Assembly (NCBI GenBank): GCA_043228905.1
Contig: JBHGNT010000007.1
Location: forward strand, 6,014,001-6,078,000
Direction of reading: 5' to 3'
DNA from: Azolla caroliniana
Taxonomy: Eukaryota; Plantae; Polypodiophyta
Length of the DNA: 64,000 nucleotides
The notes beneath the pieces are model-generated. The model worked only from the letters and a program-made list of their open reading frames with translations. It had not been told where the DNA came from and did no database searches. A program made the position numbers and the translations under genes. The stretch's first letter is position 1. Every line of letters starts with the position of its first letter. This document shows, piece after piece, positions 54,345-64,000 of the stretch.

Positions 54345-57300
54345 TTATGATTGTTGTTTTGAGAATATTTATAAAAACTACAAAGGATGGGTTCAAGGAG
54401 GAGGATTGGTTGATGTGGTTCATGGGGAGTTGAATAGAATCCTTTTATAGGAGGGTCTTTCAATACTAACATTTCAAGTAATCCTTCATCTACTAGCTGT
54501 CCATCAACATCACCGTGGTCTTTTATTTCCACGAGGATTTGTCTTAAATTAACCAATCTCTCACCTTAATCTTTTCCACCTCACCATGACACATTTCTTC
54601 GACTTGATCAAGCTCCTCTAAATGATCAATAAACTATAAAACTCGTGTCCTTGTCTTGCGGGCAACTTAGCCTGTACCAATTTGAAAGGTCAAACCCAAC
54701 CTTCTATCACCTCCTTTGTTTTATGTAAATAATGTGACCATGGAATCGTATTTGGCCATTCATTACTTGCCTTCCACACTTCTGTCCATCGACCATGACA
54801 AATAATATTGGACCTCTATCACAATCCCCACAGTTTTCTATAAATATGACTAAGGAATCATATTTGACCATTTGTTTACTTGGGAGGGAGAGGGGGGAGT
54901 ACTTGCCCATGACCAATAATATATAAGCTCAATCATATCACATAACTTGGAATTTTTATATGATTTACTTACAAGTAGAATGGCCACACCACAAGTTTTG
55001 TGGCAAATGATAAAGCATTGAGAGATGTTGAACTCATAGAAATTATTCATTGTCAATTATCCACAAAAAATTGGTCCCTTGGCAATATTATTGATGAGTG
55101 GAGATATTTTTTACTAGACCTTCTAGCATGACCAAATATAAATAACCTCAATCATAGACCGTATTTTGGATATACTATCAAATTACAACTAGAATGTCCA
55201 TTTAAGATTGTCGACAGGTTATAAGGCAATCTCAAATATGATGCTTGGAAATTATTTGGCAATTCTCTTGAAAGTGAGTTGTTTCTGTTATGACATCATC
55301 CATATAAATACTGTCAATAAGGCTTAAAGTCCTACTTTAATGGAGAGCCCACAATGTTGTGAATTGTAAATACGCGACTTCTAAATTCCATGTAAACTCA
55401 GTTCGCTCAAAGTAACTATTACCCTATATATCTCAATATCTTTAACTAGTTACGTCATGTGACAGTACATGGAGTCATGCATTTCCTATACTAGTCACAC
55501 TTATGTTGGTTTGTGAATGTGTACTCACAAGTTTGTGAATCTTTGGCTAGTAGTTTTGGAAGTTTCTACTTTATAACAACATGCACTCTATATATACTTA
55601 TAAATCAAACATGTGTAGGGCAATATTTTACTTATGACAAAATCACCACATTATGATTTGCCATCTCATTATAACCCTTTCATTCTAGTATCTAGTTTTC
55701 AAACCAAGGACATGCATTTCCTTTAATATAGACCACCCACCACCCTAATATGTTTGGCAAACTTTTGATCCAATACTCACATGGTCCCGAAACTACAAAG
55801 TTGTTAATAATAATAAAAAGGTTCTTTGGGTCATGGAATGGTTAAGACGGTGAGTTAATTGCGAAATCTCAACATTGATGATTTGTTTATGGATATTTAT
55901 ATTGAATGACATATGTATTTGATTATTTCTACGTATCATGTAGGGTTTTTGCTTCCCTTGAAAAGCACAATATAATGTATGGTCAAGTGATAGTGACAAC
56001 TATAAACAAGTGAATAGTGGAGTTATTAATTCATTCTTATAAATGAGAAAGACCAGATCATCCTTACTTGAAAATTTCATAGATAAATATTTATGTATAT
56101 ATAAGAAGACCCACAACATAGTGCCACTATTACTAATTCTTGCATGGGGGTGTAGAAAAAGACAATCTATCTAAAATTTAAGAAGAAAAACAAGGTTTAC
56201 ACGTTTCAATCTATGTCTAAGTTGAGTAAAGGAGACCATTTCTTTGATTTATATAATTGTTTGATGCTCGAGTTTTTATTAATAAATTGATGTTACGTGT
56301 TTCAGTCCATAGGAATAAGATAATCTTATCTTTTAGTGCTACAATTTCAAGGGTCTTGGACCTCTCTCCCTTACTCAATCTCAATCCTTGACATAGTCTG
56401 CATTGACTAGTATGTAGTTTTGTTGTCCTCTTGTCTTTGTCACAATTTACACATGTATATCATTCTCATTGATGGAAATTCTGTTTATATGTTGGCTATA
56501 TTAATCTATATAGTGCTACTGCAATGAGCTCTACATCATCTTCAAGTAGATCCATGGGGTGGATTATGAGCGACTTGGAGAACATTGTGCCATCACCAAT
56601 TCACACTTACACTCCTCTAATAGATTCATGATCAACCCAATCATTGACTTTTCGGGTGAACCAAATAATTTATTTGTTTTGCATTAGTCATAACATCCCA
56701 AAGCTTCAAATTTCACCCTATGTGGTATGAACTTTAATAGAGCTACATCAAGTGATTGCTTATAAAGTTTGAAGCTTTCATGGGTGTGGCAAGTAAATAC
56801 ATCCAATGCATGTGTAATGGGTTGCATCCAATTTGATTTTGCTGAGAGTTAGATTCAATCTTGGGTACTAACTCTTGGATTTCTTAAACTATACTCTATA
56901 GCCATGTCGATATTATCAAACTTATCCTATGCGTAACGAAGTAGGATCCTATTCTAGATTTAAATGCTTTGGGGTTACATAAAAACATAATTTCCTCTCC
57001 AAAAATACGTAACATGTGGATATAAACATATTGGTACTTCTTTGTTTTAGGCATCTTTTCTTTTCCAAAGGCGTATCTCCTATTGTTCATTTGAAAGCTA
57101 AACATGATAAAGTCACAAATGACAAAGAGTATAATTTATTCCATGCAAGCAATCTTTCAACCTCGTATTCTTATCAATCTCACTTCATGAATAGTTCACA
57201 TGATATGCATATTCTTGATTCCACTTGTGGTTCTTTATTTGGGTCACAAGTCAACTTGCAAGGTGTCCAAATGTTATTCCCTATTCAAACTTGCAAATTA

Positions 57301-58509
57301 AAGGTAAATCATCATGCGATTGTGTCTCAAGGACAATATCATCTTATTCTTCGTAGATCCACAAAATTTCATGAGGGGATGCAAGGACATTTTTACTTGA
57401 ATGCATCTATGGATATGAGCTTTAAGTTGTGTGGCTCTAGTGCCATGCTATAAGTAACTTGGCATTGAATAGGAAAATTTCCTTTGGATAATGGCAAGCA
57501 CATTAGTGAAGAATGGGGAAGGCAAAATAAATGTAGTTAAGGATGACAAACCCATACAAGCGCTTAAAGTATAACTACCACATTAATTTTCAAAAGTGCT
57601 AAGTATAATGAACAATTTCGAAAAGTTTATGTGTCGAACCTCGCCCTAGAGTTGTACTATTAGTGACATTTGTACTACAATTGTACTACGAAGAATCTCG
57701 AAGAGTAGATTCTACTACTAATTTCCAAAATTTTATAAGTTCCAAGCCTTGACCTAGAGTGTTACTAGCAACAATTGTACTCTCAGATGATAGGTCCATC
57801 AATCTCACATAACACAATTCTTTTCTGTGTAATCACATTAAAATAGAGGTTTTATATAAATATTAATGTGTTCTATATCAACAATTGATCTCTTCTATAA
57901 AGTCATGATTACTTAATCTATGGAGACGAGACTAAAACAAGGAGATGATAAGTCATTTATGATGCTAATAATTAGGTAATTAACTAAGGGTTAATTAGTA
58001 TCTAATTATGTGAGTAGTTAATCACATATGTGATTAAGAAACGAAATATTATGTGATATGTGTGTGAGAAAGAAAGAAAAGAAAGAAAGAAAGATATATT
58101 AACATCTTGTAAGGCCAAAATTGGCCCATGAGACAATTGGTGTACAACAAAATAAGGTATTTACCCAATCATCAAAAATAAAAATAAAAATAAAAATAAA
58201 AATAGAACTTACGATAAAAGAGTTATAGTATTGTACAAAACGTGTTATGGTGTAACATATTCGCTAAAGGAAATGACTTTGTACTAGGCCAAGTTTCATT
58301 TCCATCCAAGCCTCTCGAAAAGAAGTGGGAGGTCAAAGGGTTTCGGTGTGGTTGTGACCTGTGGTCCCGGTGTAGAATGTACCCCAACCATGGCTTCTAG
58401 CCAGTGTAGTTCACGTTCCGTTATTTTTATAATTGCTTCTACACCACGTCAAGTTGCTTTGAAACCCGACATCCGAGGGCGTTTGGTTCTTCTTTGGTTT
58501 TTTGCTTCA

Positions 58510-58876
58510 TCAAGGAAGAGGCCGAGTGGTGCAGGTGTGTCCCTGTAAAACTTCATTTGTTACATGTTGGTGAATATTAGAAACATTATCGACAACATTT
58601 TGTAGTTTATTCTCTCTATGTTGTTTTAGCTCTAAGATATAATTTCCTAATTGCTTTCTATCTAGAGTATCTAATAGTTTGGGGAGGGTGGGAGAGGGAC
58701 CGAGTATGTCTCGGTATTTTGCCCTTATCTCGGCGTAAGTTGGACACTTGCATGTAAAGAGGTACTCATCCTCTATCTCTATGTGACATAATCTACATAT
58801 CCTTTCCTCTTTAGGGACTCCATTAGTACGACCATTCTCAATCTCAAGTTGGTGAGATGATATTCTAAGTTGTCCA
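58510..58876 (-). mobile_element. Non-LTR retrotransposon ORF2 C-terminal fragment
   Basis: QLRISSHQLEIENGR..ERICRLCHIEIEDEYLFTCKCPTYAEIR, a C-terminal Cys motif typical of LINE ORF2. Cut by the copia F LTR at 58877. Confidence 0.75.
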
Positions 58877-59016
58877 TGTTGATGGAATATGTGTGGAAAA
58901 GTATGTATGAGGATCTGTCGTAGTGTTCGGCAAACAACACAGAAGGAAGGCAAGGGAATAAACAAAGAATGGACACGTTCTAAGCTTTAATGGAAGCTTT
59001 GATATATTACGTTCTT

Positions 59017-59049
<33 letters not shown>

Positions 59050-61602
59050 AAGATTGCTATACAAGATGATCAAGAAGTTCTCTCTCTTTTACACCGTTAG
59101 GTTATTGCTTATATAATAAGCCCTAACTCTTTTGGACGAGTTCACATTAGGATACAAATTGGAAGGAGTCGGCCTTTTATGCCAACAAACTCCCTCGTAA
59201 AAGGACTACTCTTTCCTGCATGTACAAATGTTTGGGGTTATCTCCCCCGTAAACCTAGATTACAATATTAAGCTAAGTTTATATTTACAAGTCAGTCGAC
59301 ATGTGGCTGAGTCGACAGAGATGTGTTCAATGTCTAGCTTGGTTCGGCTAGTCAGTCAGATTGACTTGTTTGAGTCGATTGGTTCGACTTCCCTTCTGCT
59401 CCTCATTCGGCCTTGTTCTGCTTCGTCGCTTGTCACAGTCCCATCTTTGTCCTTAGTGCTCCAAAGCGTTTATCTAGGAGTGGCTTCGTTAGGCAATCGA
59501 CGATGTTCACCTCAGTGTCGATCTTCCGGACTTCGAGCTTTTTCTCGGTTATGAGCTCCTGGATGTGATGATACCGCACGTCAATATGCTTTGTCTTTGT
59601 GTGAAAGACAAGATTGTTGATGAGGTGTATAGCGCTCTAGGAGTCGCAATAGATGGTTGGCGCTGGTTGGTCATTTTGGCTTGTAGCTAAGAAATCAACA
59701 GTTAGTCGGTGCAACTAGATCACATCTTTTTCTGCCTCCGATGCTGCTATGTACTCGGCCTCTGTGGTAGACAGGGCCGTGCGCTCTTGAAGCTTCGACC
59801 TCCATGATATAGCACCGCCACCATAGGTGAAAATATAGCTTGTTGTTAATTTCCGATTGTCCATATTGCCGGCATAGTCGGAGTCAGTGTAGCCTTTGAC
59901 TTTGGCTAAGGTTGTCAAACCGAAAGTCAGTTGTGTATCTTCGGTCCCTCTTAGGTACCTGAAGATGTGCTTGACAGCCTCCCAATGCTTACATCTTGGG
60001 TTTGACATGTACCGGATGACCACCCCTACGACATGGGTTAGGTCAGGTCGGGTCGTCACCATTGCGTACATGATACTTCCTACGTATGATGCGTAGGTCA
60101 TCTTTCCATTAAGATCTATCTCCTTGTCAGTTGAAGGAGAGTCTTTGTCTGATTGTTGGATTGACGTCAGAAGCAATATTGGTGTTGGCTTTGCATTTTC
60201 CATGTTGAAGCGCTTCAACACCTTTCGGATATACGGATATAGTCGAACTGGAAGAGTCGGGGAGAGTCTTGGTCGTCCGATTTCGCTCGATCCTCATGCC
60301 CAGTATGTGACGGGCTTGTCCGAGTTCCTTCATCAGAAACTTGTCATGAAGGCTCCGCTTCAACTTTCCGATCTCTGCTTGATTTCTTCGGGCAGTCAAC
60401 ATGTCGTCAACATATAGGATCAGATAAATCCTAGGCTCGTCGGCCAGTTGCCAAATGTACATGCATGGGTCAAAGTCCGATAGGCAGTATCCAAGTTGCC
60501 TCATGTAGGAGTCGAACATCTGGTACCACCTCCTAGGCGCTTGTTTCAAGCCATGGAGACTTTTCTTCAAGCGACATACGAGGTGACTTTCCTCCCTCGT
60601 CGCTGTGAAGCCTCCCGGTTGAGACATGTAAATGTCTTCTTCCAGACCTCCGTGTAGGAACGCCGTCTTTAAATCTAGCTGCTCTACCTCTAGGTCTTCT
60701 GTCGCCAAAACTCCTAGTAGGAGTCTGAGGGTGGTCATCTTGACTACTAGTGAGAATATCTCGTCGTAGTTGACCCCATGTTCTTGTTTTAACCCTTTCG
60801 CGACAAGCCGAGCTTTGGACATGGGTTTCTCTAAGTTAGATGCATATTTGTATTGGAAAACCCAGTTGAAAGGTAGCGGCTTTCTTCGAGCAGGTAGTTC
60901 GACCAACTCCCATGTCTGATATTGTCAAATCAAGTCCATCTCGGATTGCATGGCTTGTAGCCATGTTTCGGTGTCCAGTGCGCTATAGCTTCTTCATAAG
61001 TGCTTGGTTCACTTGCATTCGTGTAGTTGACGTAATGAAGCGGTTGATGAAACTCTGTAGGCCTTCTGATTCGTCCGGATCTCTTGAGTGCCAATTTTGT
61101 TGGTTCGAACTCTTCAGTCGGCTCGTCCGGTTGATCAGTATTACTTCAAGCATCTTCAGGAGTCCTGTTAGATGACTCACCCCTATAATAGGGTTTCGGT
61201 GATGACATGGCATCCTCCCCTCCTTCGGAATTAGTTGACTTAGAGGTAGAGGGCTTGGCCGACTCGATTTTGTTTTTCTCTTTGGCTTGGGGTGGGTTGG
61301 TTGGGTCGACACTGTTGTTTCCGGCTCGCACCTTGTTGACTTTGTCTTTTTTGTCTTTGATGGTTTTGTCTTCGAGTTCGACTAGTGGACCTCCTATCAA
61401 TTCGGAGTCAGCAGGTATGTTGTCGGCTTGGTCCAGTGCGATTGTTTGTCGAATCTCCGATTTGGCTTGGTGGGACGGTCCTTCTATGACATCTCTGTCA
61501 ACTTCGAAGGATGCCTTTTTACCAACTATTTTCTGTTGGTTTTGTTGAGAGGAGATAAAGTCTTCTTTGAAGACTACGTCACTGCTCTGGATGAGTTTCC
61601 GG
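58877..61602 (-). mobile_element. Ty1/copia element F, 3' half
   Basis: 3' LTR 58877-59187 (TGTTG..CCAACA) with adjacent PPT-like GAGGGAG. RT 60127-60906 (KARLVAKG, LYVDDML). RNase H 59550-59900. The integrase tail HRKLIQSSDVV is cut at 61602. Confidence 0.88.
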
Positions 61603-62369
61603 TGTGGTGAAGATTTTTGGCAATAGTGTGAAAATCACATAAAATGTACAAAATCGAGTATGAATCACATAAAACAATAATAGTGAAGATAACATTTTAA
61701 ATAAGTTTAATATCTAAGTACAAAATGATGGAGGTCTTCAAGAGCTTTCGAATGCACTTTATTACACGAGAAACAGACAACTAAATGTCAAGATATGAGG
61801 GTATAAAGTTGTGAAAGGAAAAGAGAAAACTGTGAGATATCCCACATAGGCACGACAAATACGGCTCTTATCATATATAACGTAGAGCAAAAGCTATTAT
61901 CTTTGTGTCTATGTGTGGAGCATAGAGAGTTCAAGGTAACTTGAACTAAGAGTGGAGGTGGCCTAACTACTCGTAAAGGTTTTTGGCCAACCAAAACCGG
62001 ACCGGCAATGGAGCCGGTGATCCGGCGGCAGCCGGCAAAGTGACAGTGGCACACCGGCAACCGGTGATCCGGCGGAATTGACATCCGGCGGCGCACCGAC
62101 TGCATCCGGCAGTAGCCACCGGTAACCGACGGCGCACCGACATCCGGCGCCGGTGAGACAACAACATCTAGTGGCAGCCACCGGCATCTAGCGGCCACCG
62201 GTAATCGGCGGCATCCGGCGGCAGCCACCGGTAACCGGCGGTGTCGCGAAGATTGTGGTTGTGTGTTGCAACCGCTGGGGTTCTGTGACTTGGGGATGAT
62301 CGGGGTGAAAACGTGTAATCGCAAACGGTGCGATGACAAGAAGCCAATAAGGCAAGATAAATGCGACGT

Positions 62370-63181
62370 TGTCGCGAAAAGAATTTTACTTGTAAAACAA
62401 CCACTTACAATATTTATTTGCCAAAAGTTACTTGGCAAGACTTGAACTCACAAACTCTATTTGAGAAGAAGTGTTTGAGATAGACCACTTCAATCTCTTT
62501 GGTTTCTCTTTATTTGTCTTTGTCTTTCACTTTATATATACTAAATTTATATTACAAAATTTGATTACCAAAAAAATTATTTGAAGAGGATTCAAACTCA
62601 CAACCTTTTGTTTACAAAGAGGCATTTGAGATACACCACTTTAACTTCTTCTTTTTCTTGTATTCACTTTCTTTTCTTTAACTGTTGTCATGATTTATGC
62701 AGGCCACCATCTTCTTTGGCGAGCTCTGCATCCCATACCCACACGAGCTGCTTCACTCACTTTTCCTTCTCTTCCTTCTCCTTCTCCTCCTCCCTTCCCT
62801 TTAGCCACCATAGGTGTGGCTTATATAGGGTGGTCAACTGCCCTACCATCCTCTTCAGGCGGTTGACAAACCGCCTCATGCAAGGCGGTTGTATTTTTAT
62901 TTTATTTTATTTATTTATTGATGCTACAATTCAATTTTATAGTTCTATATTTAAGAAATTATAGAAATAGCCCTTATTTAATTTTGACTCCCCCTTTTGA
63001 CATAATTACATTTTTGTCCCAAGTAACATTAATCCTTCCGAAGCTTGTATCTTGGGCTTCTGAACTCCGATTCACGAACTGAAAATTCCTTCATGCTCCT
63101 TGTCATAAGCTCTAGATGGGAAATGTACTTCTATAGATTTTTGACATTGTTTTCACATCGTGAAGTGTCAACTTCACGACA
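62370..63181 (-). mobile_element. Probable solo LTR of the TGTCG group nested within the LTR of element G
   Basis: Minus strand begins TGTCGTGAAG and ends TTCGCGACA, with a TATA-like CCTATATAAG near 62820-62829. Flanks are ACGT and ACGG. Confidence 0.6.
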
Positions 63182-63334
63182 ACGGCATTCGGCGCCGGTG
63201 AGACGACGACATCCGGTGAGGCGGCAACCACCGGTAACCGGCGGCATCCGACGACATCCGACGAACCGACATCCGACGACTAGATAAATAAATATATAAA
63301 TATATACACACACATATATATATACATATACAAG

Positions 63335-63405
63335 GAGGGCAAGTAAGGATTCAAACCTTGCACCTCCAAGTTAGGAGTGAATTAGCTTACCACTAAGCCA
63401 TGACA
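63335..63405 (-). other. tRNA-like sequence (Pol III A and B boxes) inside the LTR
   Basis: Minus strand TGGCTTAGTGGTAAG...GGTTTGAATCC with tRNA-like spacing. No convincing full cloverleaf. Confidence 0.5.
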
Positions 63406-64000
63406 TTTAGTTGAATTTATATTTCTATCATTGTACTTTTACATGTAAATTCTCATACATGAGAGCTAAAATGAGTGACATGGTTATCATGCACCACTTG
63501 TAATACATGAGCGCCAAATGGCAAACATGCATTTTATGTATGTTAGAGCATCTATAAAAGAAGGGATGAAAAAGAAGAAGGGTTAGGCTCTTTTTGTTAT
63601 GAAATAAAGAAGAAGAAAATTCGTTATCGAATTGATCATGTAACTTGTTTCTTGAATATAAAGATAAAAGTTCAATCAATCTCTCTCAATCGAAAGTCAA
63701 GCGTTTAATCTCAACTTTTTTTTTTTCCCAACCTATCTTAAATACTTCCTCACTAAAGCTTATACCGACTTCGAATCCTTCTGGTTCAGAACCCCGGCGG
63801 TTCCGCCTCACGATCCGCGCCTAGTGACAGATCTTCACGACATAATAAAGTGGTGAACCCGACGTGAAAGAGGTGGTAGGAAGGATCAAGTCGAGGATCA
63901 ACCGATACTTGGAGATAGCATCCTCAAGCAATCAAGCGGGAGAGCTCGAAAGGATGATGCTAATCATCGAGCAAATGATGAGATCTCGGGACAACGACGC

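Larger units (their letters stand above)
61603..64000 (+). mobile_element. Element G: tRNA-Trp-primed LTR retrotransposon (5' LTR 61603-63842 with nested LTR pieces), continues past the right edge
   Basis: Termini TGTGGTGAAGAT...ATCTTCACGACA (11/12 inverted match). PBS TGGTGAACCCGACGTGAA at 63851-63868 is identical to that of element C. Further LTR-like termini at 62242, 62370 and 63181. Confidence 0.8.

Noticed and set aside
56400-57500. Possible decayed transposase or gene fragment
   Set aside because: No diagnostic motif could be read in any frame.

Overview
This is eukaryotic nuclear DNA from a land plant. It is probably a fern, inferred from a DYW:KP-type PPR gene and GT-AG intron structure. 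Three host genes are visible: the 5' six exons of a RECQ2-like helicase (minus strand, runs off the left edge), a PLS-class PPR with a DYW:KP-type deaminase domain (plus), and a 4-exon class III peroxidase (minus). Most of 5.7-43.6 kb and 58.5-64 kb is nested retroelements: several Ty1/copia elements, LINE remnants, solo LTRs and a Ty3/gypsy gag remnant, and for many of these the LTR ends, PBS and TSDs can be read directly. Four observations stand out. (1) A spliced, decayed gene for a prokaryote-type beta-class DNA N6-adenine/N4-cytosine methyltransferase at 21.5-23.0 kb, which the ORF track fragments. (2) A young, pol-less LTR element primed by tRNA-Trp with one intact 1197-aa Gag-like plus repeat ORF and a 4-bp TSD. 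(3) Every visible insertion junction of this TGTCG-type LTR group lies at an NCGN tetramer, suggesting CpG targeting. (4) A candidate U-to-C RNA-editing factor. All calls were read by eye without database searches, and boundaries of decayed elements are approximate.
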